A DNA stretch of 63,853 bases, the filler included, from Octopus bimaculoides (Eukaryota), in the NCBI RefSeq assembly GCF_001194135.2. It is 9 parts of 8 records of this genome, joined end to end, with 100 filler letters (N's around TTAATTAATTAA, not from the genome) between each part and the next. Parts side by side here need not be neighbours in the genome. Positions count along the whole stretch, not along the records: positions 39,656 to 44,964 come from NW_026400869.1; positions 45,065 to 47,487 come from NC_068993.1; positions 47,588 to 57,023 come from NC_068983.1; 6 more parts are not named here. One strand, 5' to 3'. The notes under the pieces are model-generated. The model did no database searches. It was not told the origin of the DNA and worked only from the letters and a program-made list of their open reading frames with translations. A program made the position numbers and the translations under genes. Shown here piece after piece: positions 39,556 through 53,140 of the stretch; position 1 is the stretch's first letter, and the number at the start of each line of letters is the position of its first letter.

Positions 39556-41022
39556 NNNNNNNNNNNNNNNNNNNNNNNNNNNNNNNNNNNNNNNNNNNNT
39601 TAATTAATTAANNNNNNNNNNNNNNNNNNNNNNNNNNNNNNNNNNNNNNNNNNNNAAATATCTAAATATAGGATTTAGATTAAGCTATTATCAAACGAAA
39701 AGTGGTGTAATTTCATATAATAAAACAAATACAGTGGGTTAGTAAATGCCTTATGCATTTAGAATGTATTCTATTTATTTATGCATTTGTAACAAGTGCA
39801 CAACGGAATCTAAAATTGCATAGCAAAAATCATTTCTTAAACATTTAAATGTCAATCCAGCACTATTATTTGTAGGAACAAGTGTTGTCGTTGTCACACA
39901 TTTCATTTTTTAGATTATCCTTGCTTTTTAGACAATCAAGTTCTTTTGCGGAGAATTGTGTGAACGCAAATGTAGAGAAATGGAAAATAAGAGGAAATAA
40001 GCTTTTGAAAATGAGCAAAAGGAAAGAGAGACGAAGTATATGGAGGCAAAAAAAGAGTAAAAATATTTGTAGACATAGTGGTGAAGCTATGCGCGTAGAC
40101 AAAAAAGTTGGCATTACTCATGAATGTGGAAATCATTAGCTATTCTGAAATGTTCGTCGCTTTTGATTTGTTTCAAAAGGGCGTTCCGTATACCGTTTTA
40201 GAAAGAGAGCTAAATACACAGATTTCTATTCGAGTAATGAGAGAGATAATTAGGGAAATGACGAGGGAGATATTTAGACACCAGAAATAATGAGTGCAAG
40301 CTTAAAAACTGAAACAGCATGGAATAATTAACTAATAGTTCACCTAACCAACTAGAAAAAATTCAAGGGAATATAAAAACGTACAAAGATATATATATAC
40401 AAAAAAACACATTGAGTTCAAGATTTGCTAATTCAAAGCAATTGGAAACTGTTGCAGTTAACGAATTTGCTATTCATTTAATTTTGTAAGCTAATAATGC
40501 TTGACACTGTCTTCATAAGGCAAATGAGAAATACTCGTAAATTAAGTCAAAGCTTATAGACAGAAGGAGACAAAGTTATTAGCACACAAATACGCACACA
40601 AAAGCGTGCGCACACACACGTACAAGCCCATACGTACGCACATTTTGTTGCCGACATACATGCATACAAGTGTGTTTAAGATGACAATACCCTGGTTGTA
40701 AATTTTAATTTTTTTACAAAAATCTGATTATAACATACTCTGTTTGCCGCTTATACATTTACATTTTATTGACATACACGACTGACTATTTCCATTTTTC
40801 TTCATTTACTATGAATAAGTTAGTAGTTGTAAACTCTCTACGTTTCTAAGTACAGCGTGATGTTTCTAGGTATCGTTTAAGTGCTGTTTCCGATTGTTTC
40901 ATTGGTATCTATAGTACTGTTTACATTGCTTTATGTGTATGAGGTATGTGTATATAGATATTTGATTATCTATGGCGTTATTATTATTATTATTATTATA
41001 ATTATTATTATTATTATTATTA

Positions 41023-41084
<62 letters not shown>

Positions 41085-44000
41085 NNNNNNNNNNNNNNNN
41101 NNNNNNNNNNNNNNNNNNNNNNNNNNNNNNNNNNNNNNNNNNNNNNNNNNNNNNNNNNNNNNNNNNNNNNNNNNNNNNNNNNNNNNNNNNNNNNNNNNNN
41201 NNNNNNNNNNNNNNNNNNNNNNNNNNNNNNNNNNNNNNNNNNNNNNNNNNNNNNNNNNNNNNNNNNNNNNNNNNNNNNNNNNNNNNNNNNNNNNNNNNNN
41301 NNNNNNNNNNNNNNNNNNNNNNNNNNNNNNNNNNNNNNNNNNNNNNNNNNNNNNNNNNNNNNNNNNNNNNNNNNNNNNNNNNNNNNNNNNNNNNNNNNNN
41401 NNNNNNNNNNNNNNNNNNNNNNNNNNNNNNNNNNNNNNNNNNNNNNNNNNNNNNNNNNNNNNNNNNNNNNNNNNNNNNNNNNNNNNNNNNNNNNNNNNNN
41501 NNNNNNNNNNNNNNNNNNNNNNNNNNNNNNNNNNNNNNNNNNNNNNNNNNNNNNNNNNNNNNNNNNNNNNNNNNNNNNNNNNNNNNNNNNNNNNNNNNNN
41601 NNNNNNNNNNNNNNNNNNNNNNNNNNNNNNNNNNNNNNNNNNNNNNNNNNNNNNNNNNNNNNNNNNNNNNNNNNNNNNNNNNNNNNNNNNNNNNNNNNNN
41701 NNNNNNNNNNNNNNNNNNNNNNNNNNNNNNNNNNNNNNNNNNNNNNNNNNNNNNNNNNNNNNNNNNNNNNNNNNNNNNNNNNNNNNNNNNGGCAAGAGTG
41801 GATGGTACCTGTGAGTCGGAGGGAAGGAATTGGAAAGGACAATCTCTCCTTGGGCTTTAGAGACATCTCGGACGGTGCGGCCTCTTCATTATCCCTAGAG
41901 GCATTCCTATATCAGGGGAGTTACATTTCTATTATCCAAACCCACTTTTTAAAGTGTTTTTTTTAATATATTTTCACAAGCCTGCTTTCAACAGCATGTA
42001 TTTTACAATAGAGCTGATATATGTTTACAACACAGAGAAAAAAAAACTGTGAACTTAGCTCATTTACTTCTATTGTATTCCAAATGAATTCATTAAATGC
42101 AAGGGCAATTAGCAAGTTCATTTTACGAATAACAAGAAGAAAAGAAGCACATTTTCATTCCCAGTCAGCAATATTGTCTCGAATGTTAGTGCAGAGATAA
42201 ACATTAAGAAAAAAATATCTAGATGTTAATTTAGATATTCTAATTATTTTTCATTTATCTAAATAATTTAGGTGTTAGTGAAGACCCGTAAATTGCACTT
42301 ATGTCGTTAATTATCAATTATTTAATGTAGTAGCTTTGTGCTTGGTGATCGTTTATCATATTCAAAGGTTACGAATTGTAAAAGACCTGCTAATAGTCGA
42401 TCCAATGTGTTCATTTTTTCAGACAAGCGTTACTTAAATGTATACGTTATAAAAGAAGGATGATTCAATGAATAATTGCTTCTTTTTACAATATAATTTT
42501 CACCAAGTTTAATTCGATAAAAACAAAATAGTTGTTGCTAATGCTGGTGTAGGTAATATTGCTAAATTACTATTAACAACACAGCTTTTTTGCATTCTAT
42601 ACTTTATGTCAATTTATAGAACATGTGACAGAAACAACATATAAATTATATTATGAGCTAAACATATGACGATATTTGCTTCATTTGAATATATTCCTAT
42701 GACTTCCCTGGTAAAACAAAATAGTTATGTCAATTGAAAAGAATTTTCACGAAGTTATTGTTTTCATCTACCTTTCAAGAAGCAGCCTAACCATTTTCGT
42801 GCCGATTGTTTTCTGTAGAAACTAAAATGATTTAACAACACATTATACAAACTAATACTATTTCCTATAGAAACTTTCATTCCGTAATTATATATTCTGA
42901 AAGAAAATAATATTTGCTGAAGATAATATTCCTTTGGAAAATTTCATACCGTCACGATTTATTTCCAAACAAAATGATATTAAGTAAAGATGTAATAACA
43001 TGAAAAATTATATTCAAGGAAACAAAGGGTTAACATAATCTGCAGAGACTCTAACACTGCACTGGTATTTAAAAGTAACCTAAATGCATCTTATATTTAA
43101 ATAACAAAGAGAGATGCGAAACATGATATTTTTGTTACATAAGTTGTCATTAATACATTTTTGAACACACTATCATAAGTAAAGCAGCTTCAACTGTATA
43201 TACAATATGCTTCCAGCTACCGGTGCATTGAAAGGATTTCTATCAATTTGGCAAAATTGGCTTGTTGACAGCTTCAGGAAAACCAACTGTGAATGTGTCA
43301 TAGCCATTATATATCTAAAACTATGTAATTCTAGATACGAAGCAGGAATGTCTTCATGATTTTATTCTTAAGATAAAAAAAAAATAATGATACGCAGTCA
43401 GATTGCTGTCCGGTAAATGAAGAAGAATTAAGTTCATAGGAAATCTGTCAAAGAAAGACAATGAGATCACACGCTTTATCGTAGTGATATGCATACACTC
43501 TCATTACAATATATGCGCGTTGTCAATAGGGTGTATTGAGAAAGAGCCATACAATGAGATATATAACAGAAAAGAATAGATTGAACACGTTTGATTAAAG
43601 AGAGATCTATACAAAGAGAAGCGAGGCACATGAAAGCAAGAAGAAAGAAGACTAAAAGGAAGATAATAAATACTATAAGTAGAAGAAAAAGGCACCTGAG
43701 AAAGGATATTACGATAGACGAATCTCAAATGTTAAAAGGAATATAGAGATTGTAAGAATAAAAGTGAAAAAAAGGTTAGGAAGTAAAAACTATTATCACA
43801 TAAAACTATGGAAAAGTAAAATCAATATGCAAGTGTTTATAAAGAAAGTTCGCTTCGACTTTTAGCATCGTAGCATGATATGAATTCTGCAACTTTAATC
43901 ATGTATATAATTTCCATCATTTTTCAGCATCTCTCTTTATTTGTAAATTTCTAAATGGGTGACTCAAAAACAATCTTCGGTGTTGAATATAAATTTGTAA

Positions 44001-45094
44001 TTAATTCATTGTCTATGCTTTCCCTGTCGGTCATAATTTTCCAACTTAAGTAGCTTTGCAGCAATTTAAATATAGCTGCATATGTAGGCTGTATCAATTC
44101 TCCCAAAGATTCCAGCACTGTTTTATGATATCAGTGATGTAAAATGGAGCACTCATTTTGATGAAACAGATCGCTTACTCACCTTTCTAAAGCATTGCAT
44201 TTTTTTCTCTCTAAAACAGTCATCGATCGCTGATTGTGGGCTTCAAAAGTGATGCCCAACTGGAATTTATATTTAACGACACTGAAATAATGTAAGTCAA
44301 ATTTGACATCGGTAGAACATAAAGAAGGACGAAATACTGATAAACACTTCCAATTTTGCCTCGGCGTGCTAACCATTCTATCCGGTATGACTAAAATAGT
44401 TGAACCCTCCCACCACCAAAGAAAGCTGTAGCAGTGACTGAAAAGTGCCCATAACGCTGTTATTGAATTGAAGGGATACATCTCACAGCGACGTAGCAGG
44501 ATTTCTGAGATTCAATGCAGAAATGTATAAACAATGCTTATTGAGAAAATTGATATTGCCACAATCTGTAGGCGACCGTAGCGAACCAACTTGCTTAGAG
44601 CGAAAGAAGCAGTAGTCAAAGAGTTGATAATAGTAGTCAGAAAAGTTAATAATAACAAACAAAACCATTGAGGATAACCAAAATACAAGAACTTTAATCA
44701 AGAGGCCAATAACATTTATGGAATAATTAAACAGTTCTTTAGAGAGTATTTAGAGAGTTCTTTCATTCCCCTCTTAAATGTGTAGACGAATTTTGGTGAG
44801 CGTTTATTCTATGCATCAGTCTATTGATTTACTTTCTATCTTCTTATTTATTTATTCATATATTTATTTATTTATGACTGGACTGTTGTTACTTCCGAAT
44901 TCACTGTACCATTCCGCGTTCTTCTATGTTGCCAAGTTCACACTATTCTCGCAGTCAGTTCAAANNNNNNNNNNNNNNNNNNNNNNNNNNNNNNNNNNNN
45001 NNNNNNNNTTAATTAATTAANNNNNNNNNNNNNNNNNNNNNNNNNNNNNNNNNNNNNNNNNNNNAAATATCTACGTCAATAAAGTGAACAATAG

Positions 45095-45477
45095 CACTAA
45101 TCAGCACCGGTTATTTCTAGAAATAAGAGTCAAAATAACTCGATAGCTAACAAAAGCATTCTCTTAATGAGCTTTTGGTTCTAAAATTGCGAATTAGCCA
45201 TCGATATTGTCTATAATTTTCACTTTTGTCGTTTTTGAAACCGGCGTATGATCTCAACGGAAATCTTTTAAGCTGACAGCGCGAGATGAATTTAACCCTA
45301 GGCTCGGTGAGAGCCACTGATGAGCGTTAAGATGCATTAGGCATCAAAACGTGATATTATCGATAATCTGGCTATATCTGCGACTATAGGGAGCTTGTCT
45401 CCCTTGTCAGCTCATTAAGATAATGCTTTTGTTGGCTATTGAGTTGTTTTGACTAGCAATACTGGTGCTGATTAGTG
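45095..45477. mobile_element. Inverted-repeat (foldback/MITE-like) element with a central hammerhead-like motif
   Basis: 45095-45173 plus 45271-45278 pair with 45405-45477. The left arm is interrupted by a 97-nt segment flanked by AGCT repeats. Confidence 0.75.
45312..45373 (+). ncRNA. Type I hammerhead ribozyme-like motif, one core substitution (GAAA to GAUA)
   Basis: AGCCA CUGAUGA G-CGUU-aa-GAUGC-auuag-GCAUC-aa-AACG-U GAUA UUA-UCGA-UAA U C UGGCU. All three stems pair; predicted scissile site after C45368. Confidence 0.6.
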
Positions 45478-45496
45478 TCCTTCAATAGATATACAC

Positions 45497-45568
<72 letters not shown>

Positions 45569-46439
45569 TGCTGAAGATGACAAGTTCAAAAGAAGCTCTG
45601 TCCAACCGCTTAGCATAAAGAGCTCAAAGATAAGTCTGAGCGTGAATAAAATATTTAATTTATAATCGTTAGTCCGACAAAATATATTTTGTTATGCATA
45701 TATACACTTATAGATATGAATATATGTTTGTACGTATCTATCTATCAATCAATACATACATACATACGCACGCACACACACGCGCGCGCGGAGACACATA
45801 CACACACACACACACACACACGCACACATGTAAACTAATGATACAACATATACGCTCTGCTAGAAATACTAGCCAAATCCTTCTCAAATCACATACAACC
45901 GTTCTAAACAATGAAGTATACATGAGACAATAGTGTTCTCGATATGCAAGGTGCCACAGCTGAATTGTCTTCTCTTATTGGTCATTGATCTTCTGAATCA
46001 GGTCTGACCAGGGGCTAAACCACACCGATAATTAATATAGTTAAAAACGACAATTTTTCCCTAGCATTTCTCTGTCAGACTGTAAAGGTATCACTGTCCT
46101 ATCGTCGAGCTGTATCATCTTTTTATTACTTACACTGCAACTACAATGGCCTGTGCTTCTATAAACTTAATCAATTGTATCACTTACTAACGGCTCTAAA
46201 AGGGGATTCATACAATAGTATCTTACTTCAAAGAAGCTTCTTCCTACCCAATCATTCGACCCAACCACACAGAAAAATATTCCAGTGGGATTGCCATTCT
46301 GAATATGCTAAGTATCTTCCACATGGAATAAAACGAAGCAATTAGGGGGATTTTCTATGCTCACTCGAAATTCTAGAAATAACAACCAAACTTTTACGAA
46401 AAATTATACCTTGCTCTCATTAAAAAAAATGTTTAATAT

Positions 46440-46758
46440 TTTCAGCCATAGGACTGCAGCCATGCTGGATCACCATCTTCGAGGACTTTTAGTTGAAGAA
46501 ATCGGCCACATTAAAGCCTAGTATTTATTCTATCAATCACTTTTGCCAATATCTCGGTGATTTAGCGGTACGATCACACACACACATACACATACGACCG
46601 GCTTCATTCAGTTTCCCTCTACTAAATCCACTCACAAGGCTTTGGTGGGCCTGAGCCTATAGTAGAAGACATTTGTGCAAGGTGCAGCGTAGTGGGACTG
46701 AACCCGGAACCATGTGGCTGGGAAGGAAGCTTCTTACCACACAGCCACTCCTGTGCCT
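46440..46758 (-). mobile_element. SINE family A, degenerate full copy
   Basis: Reverse complement of head, core and a decayed 3' half. Confidence 0.85.
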
Positions 46759-46767
46759 ATATATCTA

Positions 46768-46810
<43 letters not shown>

Positions 46811-46813
46811 ATA

Positions 46814-46848
<35 letters not shown>

Positions 46849-46865
46849 TTATATATGTTGTATAC

Positions 46866-47012
46866 TCGACAGACTTCTTTCAGTTTCTTTCTACCAAATT
46901 CACTTACAACCTGGATTTATGTGTTAGCAGATACTTGCCCAAGGTGTCTCACAGTGGGACTGAACCCGAAACAATGTGATTGAGAAGCGAATATACAGCC
47001 ATGACTGCGCCT
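46866..47012 (-). mobile_element. SINE family A, head/core only
   Basis: Reverse complement of 1009-1170. Confidence 0.8.
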
Positions 47013-47164
47013 ATGAGAACGTAGAGATGTAGTAATAGATACACTTAGTCGGAAGAATAAGACAGGATGGTCACAAATATAACCCCCTCGACTTTTAATT
47101 TGCTCAATCAGGGTTGATCTAGGAATAAAGAGAAACAGCAACAGTGACAGCTGCAACAGCAGCA

Positions 47165-47470
47165 GCAGCTCGTGAAATTAACGTGCAAGTGGCTGAGCAC
47201 TCCACAGACATGTGTACCCTTAACGTAGTTCTCGGGGATATTCAGCGTGACACAGAGTGACAAGGCTGACCCTTTGAATTACAGGCACAACAGAAACAGG
47301 AAGAAAGAGTGAGAGAAAGTTGTGGTGAAAGAGTACAGCAGGGTTCGCCACCATCCCCTGGAGCTTTGGGTGTTTTCGCTCAGTAAACACTCATAACGCC
47401 CGGTTTGGGAATCGAAACCGAGATCCTCCGACGGCGAGTCCGCTGCCCTAACCACTGGGCCATTGCGCCT
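47165..47470 (-). mobile_element. SINE family B variant (alternative tRNA head and centre, shared 3' module)
   Basis: Minus-strand head AGGCGCAATGGCCCAGTGGTTAGG...GGTTTCGATTCC has clear A and B boxes; the 3' module is shared with 52905-53010. Confidence 0.85.
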
Positions 47471-47587
47471 TCACTGGTAGCAAATTTNNNNNNNNNNNNN
47501 NNNNNNNNNNNNNNNNNNNNNNNNNNNNNNNTTAATTAATTAANNNNNNNNNNNNNNNNNNNNNNNNNNNNNNNNNNNNNNNNNNNN

Positions 47588-47634
<47 letters not shown>

Positions 47635-48229
47635 GCTAACAAATTAATGAGTGCGTGCGTTACATAAATAATATTTCGAAGATTAAATAAAAGTCAACAA
47701 ACGGAAAATATGACATACTTATATATACAATTACAAAAAAACGTGTAGTAAATAGATACAGACACACACACATCATTATATATATATATGTGGCAAAAAA
47801 CATTGTTTAAATTAGCCTGTCGTTTCCTAAATGTTAAATCGCCTGGAATATTTCCATACATGCTATTACAAAACACTAGGTATCAGCCGTTCTTATTAGG
47901 AGAGCAAGTGTAACATTTGGGAGGACTAACGATTTCTACCCCGCAAATATATACGTTATGTTGTTTTTTATTTGAAACTGCTAAAATATATATTAGTGTT
48001 CTAAGACGTGAACGCAAAATCTTTTTGAAGTGGTAGGTACTAGCAGAAGAGAAGACTTGCATGTTTTAAGAAATGAATTCCAGAATGTTTGCGACATTTT
48101 TGAAGGAGACAGTTATAACTGTCCAAGGTTATTGTAATTTTATTATACTAATATTACACATCTAATAAGCTGACCTACCAATTATTTTATTCCTGATTGA
48201 AGGAGACGGCTGCTTCTCACAGCCGACTA

Positions 48230-49215
48230 ATTTTCAGAATAGAATCGGGACGCGAAAATAATTTGGAAGCTGGCCATATAATAAAGTGTGTTTAACTGAC
48301 TGAAAGCCCTACAGAAACTTATGAATGTACAAGCTGAGCATCTGCTTTTCATTGCTGAAAGATGTTCAAGGACAATAGAAATGGTTTGAGAGATTATGGA
48401 AGGTGTGGAAAGGGGGAGGAATGTCAAATAGAGCTGTCCAAGAAAATTCGCAATTTTCTGAATTAATATAGTCATATCTCTACAGTTTGGAGTTGGTGTG
48501 TCAAATGTGCACAGAATTATTGAAGAAGATCTGAACATGCGCAAAATTTGTGCAAAGTTTATCTCAATGGTGCTCAGTGAGGAACAGAAGGAAAGACACT
48601 TTGGTGAGAGCAGGGAAATGGTTGAAATCATTACCACAAATGCAAGAGTACTTGAGTCTCTGGTGACCTACGACGAACCTGGATCTACTGTTATGATGCA
48701 GAAACCAAGAAACAGACTGCCCAATGGAAGAATTCCGGCTTTCTCAGACCCAAGAAATCCAACCAAATCTATCCGTGAGGTAGCTTATCATGATTATCTT
48801 CAAAGGGCTTTATCTACGTCGTTTGTCTTGACGGTAAAGAAAGACGATCTTGTGGGGAAGTAAATGGCCAAATCTCTTTCCCTCGAGTTGGTGGCACCTG
48901 CTCCAGGACAATGAACCAGTCCACATTTCTATCCTGGTTACTAACTACTTGATAGTGATGGACATCAAAACTGTTCCTACAGTCCACACCCCGTGACATT
49001 TGGTCGTTTCCCATGCTGAAAGATAATCTGAGGTGCAGTCGCTTTGAAAACTTTCAGAAGCTGGATGATGTGAGAAGCGACCAGGACAGTTTCACTTTGG
49101 AGGAATTCGATGGGAGGAAGTGCTTTGAAATCAGACGATCCTACTTTGAAGGAAATTAAACTTTAGCACTTCTTTGTAATGAACGTTTTCCCTGAAAAAG
49201 TCTCAGACATTATGG
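48230..49215 (+). mobile_element. Degenerate mariner-family transposon
   Basis: MRKICAKFISMVLSEEQK..LVTYDE(fs)WIYCYDAETKKQTAQWK..RPKK; LQDNEPVH; PCDIWSFPMLK; KC...SYFEGN*. TIRs are not clearly recoverable. Confidence 0.85.
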
Positions 49216-50824
49216 ATGAATCTTGTAAATGATAAATTTTTTAAGCATAGATATTTGTTGTTTTTTTGGATTTGCATCATGCACCGTGTGAATGAGAGTG
49301 GAACATATTTCAATAGTACACTAGTTCACCGTGTACTAATCGATGACACATCTATCGCAAACACAAAATCTCTTCAGGACACAAAAATAGATTTTGAGAG
49401 GTATTGCTGATGAACTTACTGATCTACACTACTCTATCCCTGTAATAAAACCATCCACATTACTCTATATTGAAACGCTCTTCATGAATTAAAAATCCAA
49501 ATATTTGACTCACACGTATAGTCAACACAAAGAAGACAGGCTGTCTACAATTGATTTTAATTTAATAGAATCCGAACAAGGAATAAAAGCCTTAACATCT
49601 AATTATTTCGGAAGCAACCGACAATACGATTTAACGTAATAACATGTTAATTATATTCAATTCATATTGCTTGTAATTACAACAAATCAAGATTATGAAA
49701 TATGTTTGAGTGCGAGGAATGTTTTCAGATGATTACCATGGTTCAAACCTTATTTAATTCTAATCATTCTATTCTTGTATACCGTTCAGTCTGTGCTCCA
49801 TATTCTACGCTGTTAATTTTACTGACTGATCTTGTTATTTTACATGTCCTAAATTTCTGTATTGGCTTTGAACCATACAACGCTGATTATCTTTATCACG
49901 ATATTCTCCAACTAATGTCACATTGCCAATTTACCAGCCACTTCTAAACCACAATATTATTCAAATGACGTCCGACAAATATGTTTTCTAGCCTCAAACA
50001 CGAAGTTCAAAATAATGAAAGCTACAGTGTATATGATTTTGACATGAGCAGGCTAACCTGTTCAGACTTTCGTACGATACCAATTATAGTAACATATTTT
50101 ATTTTAGATTCAAAGATTTACAGCTCAGAAATAATACAAATGAGAATAAGCTTCCATAATCTTGAACTTATTCCTATAGCAGCAGTAGAAATACAAAAGA
50201 AACACATTTTCATACACGCAAAGGCGGAATTATATACCTTCTTGAACTTCATTGGATATTCATGTATACGTAAGAACAACACAAAGTTATTAGTTGTTAC
50301 AGTGTAACAGCGTGGTCTCACATTACTTTAACTTTAACGAAGTCCACACTTGTAACGAGAGGAGATTGGTCGCTGATATGAAAGCAACTCCTTTCATTTC
50401 TCCCGCCAGGCTCAGAAACCCGCCCAAAATATTATGGTGCTATCCATTCCCCAGACAATAAAATCGGTTTATGATGAAGTATGTTATACTAGCACGTACT
50501 TGCTTTAATCAATAGCATTTCCTTGTTTTCTCTTTCCTTTCAATCTGAGAGTTGAATGATGATGAAATAATGGTTAAAATATCGAATTTAACACCAAGTT
50601 TGAAAACATTAACGGTTAAATATTTCACAACTTAGTATTTTCGAGATTAGCGTGTATAGAATATATTTTTATTTGAAGATTTAGTTTGATATGTTATACT
50701 ATGTAACTGACCAGTAACTTTCCAAAACACAAAAAAGAGCACATATAAATAACAGATTTCAATACCTGGTTCGAAAAACAGAAATGGTAGCTGGCAGTGC
50801 GATCAGAAATTCAACAACCCATAC

Positions 50825-51145
<321 letters not shown>

Positions 51146-51879
51146 TATATATGTAAATATATATACATGCATAGATGCACGTTGCTGAGTTATCATTGAT
51201 TCATATGGTAAATATTATATATTGAGAGGTAGGATTTAGTTGTCAGGCGGTTATCTCCCCTGTCAGTACATATACAATGTGCATTCTGTGGCTATAAGGA
51301 GGTCTTTGAATCTTGCTTCTAGGAATGTATGTGTTCCCCTGAATCCTCAGTGTCACTGTTAGTGACAACTGAATTTTTCGCTTTTGGACTTATTTTGCGC
51401 CTAGCCCACTTCGTTACTTTATATATATGCGTGTCTGTGTGCCTCCGCGTGTGTGTTTGTGTGAGTGTGTATGTATATACGTGGCGGGTTACTTTCAGCT
51501 TCCGTTTACCAAATCAACTCAGGGCTTTCGTCGGCCCGTAACTAGTAGAAGACAGTTGCCCAATGTGCCACGCAATGAGACTGAACCCGGAAGCAAGTGG
51601 TCAGAAAGCAAGCTTCTCTATTTCATCAAATTGGTTATAATAGCCTCACACAGAGAAAGAAGCTGCGGGCTGGACACAGACAATGTTATATGAGATGAAA
51701 AGTGAAAATTATGATTAATAGGGGGAAACAGACAACGCCCGCTGATTGTTGTTTCCCGAAATCATTATTCTCTTATTTATCACACATGAGGCAGTAAAGC
51801 TCTTACGGTTGTTTATAATTGTTCATTAAACACAAAAATGGTTAAAAACAGAATAAGTTTTCAAACCCCTTATCAGTTC

Positions 51880-52640
51880 ACAATATCGAAGCTTTCCAAC
51901 CTCTTACCCATAGTCCTCTTCAGTATCGCTTGTGACCCCATACCCCGCCATTTCTTACACGTCACGCAAGCACAAAACGGATGTCGTGTCTGGGCCGCCC
52001 GGCCAGAAGCGATATTCCTCATTGAGCTTCTTTAGCCTTTGCAACACGGCCAACGTTATGACCTCCACAGCTATCTGCGGAGGCCATTCGAGATCCCGCG
52101 TGCAGGTCAGAATTGCTCCCTCATGTTGTTTCTCTAACACCTTCTCCAACTCTCCACCCCTGTAGAAGAAGACATGTAATTATTCATCAGGGGACGAGGT
52201 AGTCACTTCTACTGTCGGTGGCACAATTCCCACCGACGACGTTCCGGGACATTCCGGTATTGTGTTACCAACTACCGGCAATGTCCCATTTCACTTTTTT
52301 CTTCCTCATTTTTTCCCTCTTACCTGAGGAAGGTTGGGTTCTCTCCGTGACCGGGAAATCCGCCTCGCCTCCCTCATCCCTAGGATCCTTCGGTGAGCCC
52401 CATTGTTGCTCACCTTCTTTTTCTTGCGACCCTTTTTGAGGATTCCTCCGCCTCCGTTCCCTCTTCTACAGAGGTCTAAACCAACTGCTCTAGGACCTTA
52501 AATTGGTCTTGGGGTAGTTCTTTTTTTATGTGGCCAGGTTCCAGACACTGGTGACACTTAGGTGGGGGGACCCTCAAGAATCACCGGGTACCTGCTCCAA
52601 GCCACACTTTAAAAGTCTGGAAAGACTAAATCCTTTACTG
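51880..52640 (-). mobile_element. L1/Tx1-like ORF1 remnant with CCHC zinc knuckle
   Basis: Minus strand VILEGPP(fs)PKCHQCLEPGHIKK(fs)NYP at 52512-52590: C-x2-C-x4-H-x4-(C>Y). It is followed by a charged low-complexity region and a C-terminal block. GC-rich relative to its flanks. Confidence 0.55.
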
Positions 52641-52717
52641 ATTGGGTCCACAGGGTCAAAATAATTTTTGACCCGACGCAATCAGCCACTGGTAGCAATT
52701 TAACATTAAGGAGCTTG

Positions 52718-52753
<36 letters not shown>

Positions 52754-52756
52754 AAT

Positions 52757-53030
52757 ACTGGTTAGGGCATTCGGCTCACGATCGTAAGGTTGTGAGTTCG
52801 ATTCCCGGCGACGCGTTGTGTCCTTGGGCAAGATACTTTATTTCACGCTGCTCCAGTCCACTCAGCTGGCAAAAATGAGTAGTACCTGTATTTCAAAGGT
52901 CTCGCCTTGTCACACTCTGTGTCACGCTGAATCTCTCTGAGAATTATGTTAAGGGTACACGAGTCTGTGGAGTGCTCAGCCACTTGTACATTAATTTCAG
53001 GAGCAAACTGTTCCATTGAGCGTAACCGAG
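52757..53030 (+). mobile_element. tRNA-derived CORE-like SINE family B
   Basis: B-box GAGTTCGATTCC, CORE-like TGTGTCCTTGGGCAAG...CCACTCAGCTG, then the shared 3' module. Confidence 0.85.
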
Positions 53031-53140
53031 AGAGCGTGTTCTTCTCTCTCTCTATATATAGTGTGTGTCTCTGTGTGTCTGTGTGTGTATACTTACATAT
53101 CCAAGTACACAGTAGTTATGAAATGCTACGTTCTAAATCC

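Noticed and set aside
45573-45615. CUGAAGAUGAC motif after (CTAT)n
   Set aside because: No convincing stem II or GAAA; cannot be supported as a ribozyme.
46227-46298. Minus-strand 72-nt exon candidate (NGNPTGIFFCVVGSNDWVGRSFFE, donor GTAAGA)
   Set aside because: The acceptor lacks a pyrimidine tract, there is no recognisable homology, and such matches are expected by chance.
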